A DNA stretch of 64,000 bases from assembly GCA_036170915.1 (NCBI GenBank), contig JAVHQC010000018.1, forward strand, positions 1-64,000, in the 5' to 3' direction. Source of the DNA: Cyanobacteria bacterium auto_48_18 (GTDB lineage Bacteria; Cyanobacteriota; Vampirovibrionia; Obscuribacterales; Obscuribacteraceae). The translations under genes were made by a program, and so were the position numbers. Shown piece by piece: positions 18,984 through 27,473 of this stretch (the stretch's first letter is position 1; every line of letters begins with the position of its first letter). The notes beneath the pieces are model-generated. The model worked only from the letters and a program-made list of their open reading frames with translations, ran no database searches and was not told where the DNA came from.

Positions 18984-20755
18984 ATCTCGTTGATCACGCT
19001 ACAAAGTACATGTTCTTCACTGGCAAAGGTGGCGTGGGCAAAACCTCAGTATCGTGCGCGACAGCCATAGTACTTGCAGACAGGGGCAAACGAGTACTGC
19101 TAGTCAGCACCGATCCGGCCTCAAATCTAGATGAAGTGCTTCGTGTTGCTCTAAGCTCTACACCAACTGCAGTACCAGACGTTGTTGGCCTCGATGCGCT
19201 AAATATAGATCCTGAAGCTTCTGCACGAGAGTACCGCGAGCGTTTGCTCACGCCATATCGCGGTCTACTGCCTGAGGCCAGCTTAAAGAGTATGGAAGAA
19301 CAACTATCTGGTTCCTGCACTACAGAAATCGCCGCTTTCGATGAGTTTGCTCGCCTGCTCGGCGACGCCGAAAAGACTGCCAACTATGATCACGTCATTT
19401 TCGATACTGCTCCCACCGGCCACACCATGCGCCTTCTTTCACTGCCGAAATCATGGACTACATTTATCGAAGGAAATACAACCGGCACTTCTTGCCTTGG
19501 TCCACTTGCCGGTCTTCAGCAACAGCAAGACATCTATGCTTCATCTGTTCGAACGTTGATGGATGGTGCTCGCACAACCCTCGTGCTGGTATCGCGTCCA
19601 GAGCAAACGGCACTTAGAGAAGCCACAAATACAAGTGTGGAGCTACGAGAAATAGGTGTTGCCAATCAATGCCTCGTGTTGAACGGAGTGCTGACTGGTG
19701 ATAATACCAATGATGCCATTGGATCTGCTTTTGTAACTCGCGGACAGTCAGCCATTGAGGCCATGCCAAAAGAATTGAAGAGCCTTCCGACCCAAGAAAT
19801 ACTTCTCAATGCAAGACCACTAATTGGTATTGAAGCACTGCGCCGCATGTTCAAGCCGGAACTTTCAGTGACGGCTCAAGAACGACACTCAACCACTGAT
19901 GAACTTCCTCTGACGCTTCTGAACATTGTTGACGAGTTGGAGAAGTCCGGAAAGGGCGTGATCATGACCATGGGCAAAGGTGGCGTAGGCAAGACAAGCA
20001 TAGCTGCAGCAATCGCAGTAGAACTTGCGCGTCGCGGTCATCCGGTACATTTGAGTACAACAGATCCAGCTGCCCACATCTCCTGGGTGGTTGACGATCC
20101 GCTGCCGCTCCTGACCATTAGTCGCATCGATCCTGCCGCAGAGACCAAGGCATACCAAAATGAAGTTATGCAGAGCGCAGGCAGTAACCTTGATCAAGAG
20201 GGGCGCGCACTACTTGACGAAGATCTTCGTTCTCCTTGCACAGAAGAAGTCGCAGTCTTTAGAAGTTTTGCAAATGTGGTGGCAAAGGGACAAGCTGGCT
20301 TCGTGGTGCTGGACACGGCACCAACCGGACACACAATTCTCTTGCTGGATGCCGCCCAGGCGTACCACAAAGAAGTTTTGCGCCAATCGAGCAATATGCC
20401 CGATGCCGTGATCAACTTACTGCCACGACTGAGAGATCCTGAGTTTACGCGCATTCTAATTATAACTTTGCCGGAAGCAACTCCAGTTCACGAGGCCAAG
20501 CACTTGCAAGAGGATCTTGCCAGAGCAGATATTCACCCATTCGCTTGGGTCATCAATCAATCGCTCTCTCCGCTGCAAACAACAAATGCGATTCTGGTCG
20601 CGCGCCAGCAAAACGAAAAGATCTATATTGACGAAGTGAAACAACTTGCCAATCGCGTGGCCATAGTTCCCTGGCTACCGGAAGCACCAACGCATTCTTC
20701 GGGTCTGGTTAAATTGTTGGGGGGAAAAACTCCTTTAAAAAGCATGGCACTATGA
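18980..20755 (+). CDS. arsA: Arsenical pump-driving ATPase
   Basis: Two GKGGVGKT P-loops, two DTAPTGH motifs, GSCT/SCLG/SPCT. Confidence 0.95.
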   Translation: MNLVDHATKYMFFTGKGGVGKTSVSCATAIVLADRGKRVLLVSTDPASNLDEVLRVALSSTPTAVPDVVGLDALNIDPEASAREYRERLLTPYRGLLPEASLKSMEEQLSGSCTTEIAAFDEFARLLGDAEKTANYDHVIFDTAPTGHTMRLLSLPKSWTTFIEGNTTGTSCLGPLAGLQQQQDIYASSVRTLMDGARTTLVLVSRPEQTALREATNTSVELREIGVANQCLVLNGVLTGDNTNDAIGSAFVTRGQSAIEAMPKELKSLPTQEILLNARPLIGIEALRRMFKPELSVTAQERHSTTDELPLTLLNIVDELEKSGKGVIMTMGKGGVGKTSIAAAIAVELARRGHPVHLSTTDPAAHISWVVDDPLPLLTISRIDPAAETKAYQNEVMQSAGSNLDQEGRALLDEDLRSPCTEEVAVFRSFANVVAKGQAGFVVLDTAPTGHTILLLDAAQAYHKEVLRQSSNMPDAVINLLPRLRDPEFTRILIITLPEATPVHEAKHLQEDLARADIHPFAWVINQSLSPLQTTNAILVARQQNEKIYIDEVKQLANRVAIVPWLPEAPTHSSGLVKLLGGKTPLKSMAL

Positions 20756-21246
20756 AAATTCTAATTGCCATCGAAGACAAAATCTTTGGAGAAGCAATTG
20801 CGCAATTCGTTGGTAAAAGTAACTGGTTAGAAAATAGCAAGCTCAATCTTATTCATGTGACCGAACCGCTGCATTTGGACCCATTGTCAGGCTACAGCAG
20901 CGAGCAGCTCAGTGCGCTGCACGACCTCCGACATCGCGAAGGCAAAGCGCTGCTGGCATCAATAGGCACGCAGCTAAGCACTCTTCTTCCCAGCTGAACA
21001 ATTAACGAGGAGGTCCTTGATGGACGTCCGAAAGAAGTTATTCTCAACTACGCAAAAGACTGGCCGGCTGAGCTAATTGTACTGGGCTCCCATGGTCGCG
21101 GTGGTATCAGACAGTTCTTTCTTGGTAGTGTTTCCATGTCTGTACTGTCGGCGTCTCCCTGTTCAATACTGATAGTGAAGTTGCCACATTCTCAGGCTAG
21201 TGAAACAGGCAATGAGAAGCACTCAGGAGTTGCGAACAAGCAATAG
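20752..21246 (+). pseudogene. Universal stress protein interrupted by an in-frame TGA (20995-20997); pseudogene or recoded
   Basis: MKILIAI N-terminus; the frame continues after TGA as TINEEVLDGRPKEVIL...LIVLGSHGRGGIRQFFLGSVS...CSILIVK to TAG 21246. Confidence 0.8.
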
Positions 21247-21284
21247 CAATCGTTGATTGCTGTTGCTATCTGTTGACGCTTGTA

Positions 21285-21815
21285 CTATTTTGTCTGAACC
21301 TTTAAGTCGAGCGAAATTGCGCTGTTTCCAGGAACACAGCTATGCTTGCAAGCAAGCCATTTTGTGTCGGCTTTGATCTTCACAGAATCACCAGATCTCA
21401 AAAGCTTAGAAGGTGTGACCATTGTTGAAAGGCGCGCCTTCTTTGAGTATCCATATGTGACTATGCCATCTTCCTTAAAGGTTTCTGCGGGTGGCCAGCT
21501 TAGCGCCTGTGCCGTAAATCCTTTAGGTAGAGTCAAATCTACTTGCGTTGGCATTCCGCTTTGCCCAGGGTCTTTGTAGTAAATGTGCCACCCGGGCTGC
21601 ATGTCGAAGGTAACAAAAAGCTTGAAGGGCTTACCAGGAAAAATCACCTGTGAATCACTGCTGAGGGAAGCTTTGATTGGTGATTCCATCAATTTATTGC
21701 TCTGATTCTGCGCCAGACAAGATTGTGTTGAGAGCCAGATCGTTGCGCCCCAAAAAGTCAGTCCGGAGAGAACCATTACACGGAACGTGTTGTTCAAATA
21801 CTTCGCCTTTCGCAT
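21285..21815 (-). CDS. Exported DsbD N-terminal-domain protein
   Basis: Signal-like N-terminus, GWHIYYKDPG.SG.PT, WP.A, YGY, WLACKHSCVPG. Confidence 0.85.
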   Translation of the reverse strand: MRKAKYLNNTFRVMVLSGLTFWGATIWLSTQSCLAQNQSNKLMESPIKASLSSDSQVIFPGKPFKLFVTFDMQPGWHIYYKDPGQSGMPTQVDLTLPKGFTAQALSWPPAETFKEDGIVTYGYSKKARLSTMVTPSKLLRSGDSVKIKADTKWLACKHSCVPGNSAISLDLKVQTK

Positions 21816-21842
21816 TCACTGAACCTCATAAAACAGATGTGC

Positions 21843-22079
21843 CTATTTGCCTTTATCCTGTTCTCCATGCTCAATACTTTTTTGCTTCTCGCGTTGAATA
21901 GGAGTAGTCTTCTTCTGCTCGACCGAGCAGCTTTGCGACATTCACGTAGATATGCCGAGCTTCGGCAGTATCCAGAGTTGTAGGGCGAAGTAGAATAAAA
22001 CAATACCGACGAACCAGATCAAACTTTCCATAGAACTTTGCCCGCCTTTTGATTTTAAAACTTTTGTTGAGTCGCTCAT
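21843..22079 (-). CDS. Small single-TM membrane protein with in-frame TGA; putative selenoprotein (alternative start 22031)
   Basis: Manual translation MSDSTKVLKSKGGQSSMESLIWFVGIVLFYFALQLWILPKLGIST-TGA-MSQSCSVEQKK...KGK-TAG; fills the operon gap. Confidence 0.7.
21915..21930 (-). promoter_or_regulatory. Putative bacterial SECIS hairpin
   Basis: CUGCUC-GGUC-GAGCAG starting 11 nt after the UGA at 21944-21942. Confidence 0.65.
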
Positions 22080-22106
22080 ATAATCACTCTCTTGTCTGTC
22101 GTGCTC

Positions 22107-23528
22107 TTATCTCGCCAGCACCGACGGTGGTGCGCTCTGCTCGGTCACAACTTCGTATCCTTGAGCAGTCCATGCGCTGGTTCCACCAACTATGTTGATA
22201 GAAGGCTTCAGTCCGCTTCTATCAATAACTCCCATAGCTATGGTCGATCGATAACCACTGGCACAGATCAGTGCTAGCTTAGTATCTGCAGGAAAATCAT
22301 TTATTCTTTCAGGCAGAATAGCCAGAGGAACATTGATTGCCTTCGGCACATGTCCATTTTCAAATTCCCCTGTGCGCCTTACATCGATAACTGTAATTTC
22401 CTCGCCTTGATCAAGCGTGCGCTTCAGTTCATCAACTGTCATAACAAGCGATTGCACCGCTTCGAATCCAGAGTTGCTCGAATCAGACATGCCATCTACG
22501 CCATCTACATAACCAACGACGGTTTCTAAACCAACGCGGGCCAATCTCAAAACGGCCTCATCGACGCTGACAACATCGTTTGCCAGGAGAATAATGGGAG
22601 TGCCAATAGGTATGAGCGTGCCGGCCCATGAGGCAAACTGTCCGCCCAATCCAATGTTCAGTGAACCCTTGATATGCGCTCCGGCGTATTCGACGGCACT
22701 ACGCACATCGAGCACTAACGAACCGCGTTGCATTTCCTTTGCCACCACAGCACCATCCAGGGGCTGGGGTCGAGTGAGGCTTTTTATTGGGGCCGCACCC
22801 TGGCGATTGATCTCCACATCTTTAGAGAAATAGGCAGGTACCTCAGGCAGGTCTGATGTCATCATTGCTATAAAAGACTCTTTTGACATAGGTTTCAACG
22901 CATAGTTGAACTTCTTCTCGTTTCCTATAGTTGACGATTTCTCGTCTGAGAGTTTCTTGCCGCAAAGAGAACCAGCTCCGTGAGCTGGATAGACTTCAAC
23001 CGCATCGTCCAGTTTAAGCAGTTTATTATGCAGACTCTCAAACATAAAACCGGCCATGTCCTGTGCCGAGTATACTTTTTCAGACACGAGGTCAGGCCGT
23101 CCCACGTCTCCGATGAACAGAGTGTCACCCGTAAACAGTCTTTCTGGAGTGCTCTCATCTGCTGTATCTTTGACGAGAATGCAAATGCTTTCAGGTGTAT
23201 GACCTGGTGTTTCAAGTATCAACAAATCCAACTTACCAACTTTCAATTGGTCACCATCACTGGTGGCTATATGCGGGAAAGTCGCGTTAGCCTTTTCGCC
23301 GAAAACAATCTGCGCCCCGGTTCTCTCGGCAAGCTCTCTATGTCCGCTGACAAAGTCTGCATGAAGGTGTGTTTCTAGAACGTACTTAATCGTCAGACCC
23401 TGTGCTTTGGCCTCCTCTATATATTGGTCCACATCCCGCTGTGGGTCTATAACTGCGGCTTCGCCTTCAGAACCGAGCAGGTAAGATCCATGAGCCAGGC
23501 ACCCGAGATAAAACTGCTTGAAAAACAT
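22107..23528 (-). CDS. MBL-fold persulfide dioxygenase fused to two rhodanese domains
   Basis: ETHLHADFVSG, TPGHTPE, FTGDTLFIGDVGRPD, PAHGAGSLCG, C-terminal CASGYRS. Confidence 0.9.
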   Translation of the reverse strand: MFFKQFYLGCLAHGSYLLGSEGEAAVIDPQRDVDQYIEEAKAQGLTIKYVLETHLHADFVSGHRELAERTGAQIVFGEKANATFPHIATSDGDQLKVGKLDLLILETPGHTPESICILVKDTADESTPERLFTGDTLFIGDVGRPDLVSEKVYSAQDMAGFMFESLHNKLLKLDDAVEVYPAHGAGSLCGKKLSDEKSSTIGNEKKFNYALKPMSKESFIAMMTSDLPEVPAYFSKDVEINRQGAAPIKSLTRPQPLDGAVVAKEMQRGSLVLDVRSAVEYAGAHIKGSLNIGLGGQFASWAGTLIPIGTPIILLANDVVSVDEAVLRLARVGLETVVGYVDGVDGMSDSSNSGFEAVQSLVMTVDELKRTLDQGEEITVIDVRRTGEFENGHVPKAINVPLAILPERINDFPADTKLALICASGYRSTIAMGVIDRSGLKPSINIVGGTSAWTAQGYEVVTEQSAPPSVLAR

Positions 23529-23552
23529 AAGTAACCTCCAACCATCAAGTGG

Positions 23553-24299
23553 TTATTTGAAAAACTGATTTAATAACATCCAGGCTGACAAACCGAGCAG
23601 AGTAATGGCAAAGCTAACCTTTAGTTTTTCCTGCGGAATGTACTGCGCCAGGCCTCCAGCAATCGGAGCGGCGATCAGTGTGCCCAGGGCGAAAGGCAAG
23701 ATTGCCATAGACAGATTCAAGGTCGATCCGTACGAAATCGCCCCGACTAGGCTGTTAGTGCCGATCACTAACAGCGAGGTACCAATTGCCTTTTTTATCG
23801 GCACGTGCAAAACCAGAGTCAACGCAGGCACGATTATGAAACCGCCGCCCACACCAAGCAGACCTGTCAACAGACCCGCGCCAAGCCCGGTCAATAGCAT
23901 TAGCGGCAGCACATTAGACTGTGCTTTGCCGACCGCTTCGAGCTGAGGCTGACTTTGTCGCAACATAAGCAGCGCTACAAGAGCCATCGCCACTGCAAAC
24001 ATGGTCAACTGCACCACGTCTGAAATATGCTGCGCCAGGCGAGCACCAGCAAAACTGCCTATGGCTCCAGAAACTCCAAATATCAGTGCCGTCGAAACAA
24101 TAACTGAGTGATTACGGAAATGGCTCCAAGCAGCAAGCAAGCTAGCCAGTCCTACAATGATGAGGCTTGTACCTATAGCCGCTTTGGGTTGCATCCGAAG
24201 CATGTAAATCATTACCGGTACAGCTACGATGCTTCCGCCTCCCCCCAGGAGCCCAAGCAGGGTGCCCGTAGCAATTCCACATAGAGCGCCACCAAGCAT
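23553..24299 (-). CDS. TauE/SafE sulfite exporter
   Basis: Duplicated GLLGGGG/GVGGG..VP and AIGTSL motifs; hydrophobic. Confidence 0.9.
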   Translation of the reverse strand: MLGGALCGIATGTLLGLLGGGGSIVAVPVMIYMLRMQPKAAIGTSLIIVGLASLLAAWSHFRNHSVIVSTALIFGVSGAIGSFAGARLAQHISDVVQLTMFAVAMALVALLMLRQSQPQLEAVGKAQSNVLPLMLLTGLGAGLLTGLLGVGGGFIIVPALTLVLHVPIKKAIGTSLLVIGTNSLVGAISYGSTLNLSMAILPFALGTLIAAPIAGGLAQYIPQEKLKVSFAITLLGLSAWMLLNQFFK

Positions 24300-24317
24300 C
24301 AAGTCACCCTCCTTGCA

Positions 24318-24890
24318 TTAAGAGCAACAATCGTCTTTGCGACTCTTGGCTGGGACTGATGTAATTTCTATTTTGTTCCAAGGGGCTTTACCCAGAATAA
24401 TTCCTAAAGCGCAAGTTCCAGACAAACCGGCAAAGGTTAGACCCATCCCAAAAATTCCAGGAATAATTAGAAACCATGGACTGATGAAGACAGCGAGAAG
24501 AACGCCCGTCAAGACTCCAAGGCCAACGACAAGCTGAATCTGACGTTCAATCGATAGCATCTTTTTGCCTTCCACAATAGGCAAGCCTGCCTTGCGCCAC
24601 GCCACCAGTCCACCTTCCAGAACTTCTGGCTGAAAGCCTTTGCCTAAAAGGGTATAAGCGCCTCGTTCGGCTCTTTTGCCTAATCTACATATGACGACAA
24701 GTTTCCCCTGACGGGGCAATTCTTCGCAGCGAGCATCAAGCTCGCTGAGCGGCACGTTTAGCGATTTAGCAATGTGTTCAGCCTCAAATTCAATAGGGCT
24801 GCGAACATCTAGCAGCACAGCTTCAGCAACATTCGCTGCCAGGCTATTAGGCCTTATTTGTCGGCAAACACTAGCAATAAGTTCTGTCAT
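24318..24890 (-). CDS. Rhodanese plus DUF2892 (YgaP-like) membrane protein
   Basis: LLDVRSPIEF..HI, CRLGKRA, LEGG..AW, SIERQIQ...GLTFAGLSGTC...PWN. Confidence 0.88.
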   Translation of the reverse strand: MTELIASVCRQIRPNSLAANVAEAVLLDVRSPIEFEAEHIAKSLNVPLSELDARCEELPRQGKLVVICRLGKRAERGAYTLLGKGFQPEVLEGGLVAWRKAGLPIVEGKKMLSIERQIQLVVGLGVLTGVLLAVFISPWFLIIPGIFGMGLTFAGLSGTCALGIILGKAPWNKIEITSVPAKSRKDDCCS

Positions 24891-24921
24891 AGATAAAATC
24901 CTCGAGTGCAATTGAATTCAC

Positions 24922-24987
24922 TATATCACCAATTGGTTATATAACGAATCAACCATTCGATTGATTGAAGAATCAATCGGATGGTTG
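24922..24987. promoter_or_regulatory. Palindromes in the divergent promoter region
   Basis: TATATCACCAATTGGTTATATA (24922-24943) and CAACCATTCGATTGATT-GAAG-AATCAATCGGATGGTTG (24950-24987). Confidence 0.6.
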
Positions 24988-25018
24988 TAGACTGAGATCG
25001 GGAACTACTGGATTTTTT

Positions 25019-25357
25019 ATGAAAGACAAAAACAAACTGCTGTCTCGACCGGCTCTCGAAATTGTTGCTGCCCGCTTTCGGGCTCTTTCTGATGCTTCCA
25101 GATTGCAAATACTGCAATACCTGTTTAAAGCAGAGCATTCGGTGCAGGAGTTGTGCGAGTTAAGCGGCATGAGCCAGGCAAACGTGAGCAAGCACTTGTC
25201 TGTGCTGGCAGAGCAGGGAATTGTTCAAAAACGGCGACAAGGATTATATGTGTTCTATAGCATCGCAGACAGCAGCATCTACGAGCTGTGCGATATTGTC
25301 TGCGGTGCCGTAGGGAAACGCTACGGACAAGTGATGAAAGAATTCTCTGGACGCTAG
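25019..25357 (+). CDS. ArsR/SmtB-family repressor (BigR/SqrR-like by context)
   Basis: FRALSDASRLQIL, SQANVSKHL, C-terminal LCDIVC; divergent from the sulfur operon. Confidence 0.85.
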   Translation: MKDKNKLLSRPALEIVAARFRALSDASRLQILQYLFKAEHSVQELCELSGMSQANVSKHLSVLAEQGIVQKRRQGLYVFYSIADSSIYELCDIVCGAVGKRYGQVMKEFSGR

Positions 25358-25403
25358 AATCTGCCGTACACTATAACCACTGCACTTAACCCAGCGTTAT
25401 TCC

Positions 25404-27473
25404 ATGCCTACAGACCGCAGCACAAACGGAAAGAGCTCCCCGCCCGGGGCGCATGTCGTCGACGGTGGCGTCAACTATAGTATTTACTCGAAAGACGCCA
25501 CCGTTATGGAACTGCTTCTCTTCGCCAGAGAAGACGATCCCGAACCAGAACGCGTAATCGTACTCGATGCTTGCTGCAATAAGACTAATAACTTCTGGCA
25601 CGTGTTTGTACCAGGAGCAGGTCACGGACAGGTCTATGCCTGGCGCGCGCACGGCCCGTTTGCCCCAGAGAAAGGGCTGCGATTCGATGGCAAGAAAGTT
25701 CTTCTCGATCCATACGGTAGGGCAATTGTGGGATGGAAGAACTACGAGCGTGCTTCTGCTATTGCGCCCGGCGACAATTGCGCCAAAGCGCTGCGCTCAG
25801 TGGTTATCGACGGCTCACAGTACGACTGGGTAGGTGATGCACCCCTGAGAACGCCCTCGGCAAAATCGATCATCTATGAAATGCACGTGGGCGGTTTTAC
25901 ACGAGGTCCTGGCTCAGGTGTCGCCGCTGCTAAACGCGGCACGTTTGCTGGCGTGATTGAAAAAATTCCGTACTTGCAAGAACTTGGAGTGACAGCAATT
26001 GAATTGATGCCAGTTCATCAGTTCGACGCAACAGATACAGCGGGAGGACTGACAAATTATTGGGGGTACAGCACCGTTGGATATCTCACACCGCACCACG
26101 GCTATTGTGTCAATGGTGACCCCATAGCTGGTACCACCGAATTCAAAGACATGGTAAAGGCCTTGCATAAAGCAGGCATTGAAGTAATTCTCGATGTAGT
26201 TTTCAATCACACCGCCGAAGGCGGCGCTGACGGGCCAACGCTGTGCTTTAAGGGGCTCGGCAACAACATTTACTACATTCTCGACAACAACGACCCGTCA
26301 CAGTATGCCAACTATACCGGGTGCGGCAATGCGTTCAGCGCTAACAATCCGGTGGGCGGCAGGTTGATTCTTGAATCGCTGCGTTACTGGGTCGATGAAA
26401 TGCACGTTGATGGTTTTAGATTCGACCTGGCATCAGCATTAACACGCGATTCATTTGGCAACCCAGCGGCTGCGCCACCACTACTCTGGCTAATCGAATG
26501 TGACGACGTTCTCGCTGGTAGTAAATTAATCGCAGAGGCATGGGACGCAGCAGGACTCTATCAAGTTGGCTCGTTGATCTCCAGGAGTCAATGGTATGCC
26601 GAATGGAGCGGACCATTTCGAGATGATGTGCGCAGATTTGTCAGAGGTGATAGGGGCACTGTCAGCAACCTTGCTGCCCGCATTTTGTCGGGCGCCGACC
26701 ATCATGCGAGCCTTGATCGACCCAATCGCAACATCAATTTTTTAACCTGCCACGATGGATTTACTTTAAATGATTTAGTCTCGTACAACGAAAAACATAA
26801 TGAAGCAAACCTCGAAAACAATCGAGATGGTGCAACGGCAAACTTTAGCTGGAACTGCGGAGAGGAAGGACCCACCAGCGATGACCAAGTTTTGCAATTA
26901 AGAAACCAACAGATGAAAAATCTCTTGACCGTTCTGTTTATTTCACAAGGAACTCCCATGCTACTTATGGGAGATGAAGTTGCTCGCACACAGTTCGGTA
27001 ACAACAATGCTTATTGCCAAGACTCAGAGCTGTCATGGTTTAACTGGGATGATTTACAACACCGCTCGGAGATCCATCGCTTCGTTCGCCAGTTGATCTC
27101 CTTCTTCAAAGCGAAAGAGTCGGTTGAAGAAACTCCACCTGCAAAGCACGTATCGAGCGCTCGGCCACATATTGCTTGGCATGGTGTTAAGCTCTGCTGC
27201 CCAGATTGGTCAGAAGACTCACATTCACTAGCATTGACAATGATTCATCCAAGAAATGGCGAGAAGCTCCACATCATGCTCAACGCTTACTGGAAAGAAA
27301 TGGAATTTGAGGTGCCGGCTCTAGAGACAACACAGCGGTGGGCGAGAATTGTTGACACCGCACTAGCACCACCAGATGACATTTGCATCGAGAATCAGGC
27401 CCCAGTAGGCAACAGCTACATGGTGAAAGCGCGTTCGGCAGTGATTCTCATTTCTCCGTCCATTTCCAGTTAG
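25404..27473 (+). CDS. glgX: Glycogen debranching enzyme (GH13)
   Basis: [51 protein letters not shown]. Confidence 0.95.
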   Translation: MPTDRSTNGKSSPPGAHVVDGGVNYSIYSKDATVMELLLFAREDDPEPERVIVLDACCNKTNNFWHVFVPGAGHGQVYAWRAHGPFAPEKGLRFDGKKVLLDPYGRAIVGWKNYERASAIAPGDNCAKALRSVVIDGSQYDWVGDAPLRTPSAKSIIYEMHVGGFTRGPGSGVAAAKRGTFAGVIEKIPYLQELGVTAIELMPVHQFDATDTAGGLTNYWGYSTVGYLTPHHGYCVNGDPIAGTTEFKDMVKALHKAGIEVILDVVFNHTAEGGADGPTLCFKGLGNNIYYILDNNDPSQYANYTGCGNAFSANNPVGGRLILESLRYWVDEMHVDGFRFDLASALTRDSFGNPAAAPPLLWLIECDDVLAGSKLIAEAWDAAGLYQVGSLISRSQWYAEWSGPFRDDVRRFVRGDRGTVSNLAARILSGADHHASLDRPNRNINFLTCHDGFTLNDLVSYNEKHNEANLENNRDGATANFSWNCGEEGPTSDDQVLQLRNQQMKNLLTVLFISQGTPMLLMGDEVARTQFGNNNAYCQDSELSWFNWDDLQHRSEIHRFVRQLISFFKAKESVEETPPAKHVSSARPHIAWHGVKLCCPDWSEDSHSLALTMIHPRNGEKLHIMLNAYWKEMEFEVPALETTQRWARIVDTALAPPDDICIENQAPVGNSYMVKARSAVILISPSISS

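Noticed and set aside
21794..22003. ORF-track 69-aa ORF as the gene in this gap
   Set aside because: It has a weak TTG start and no features. The other frame gives an ATG start, a TM helix and a SECIS-like element.
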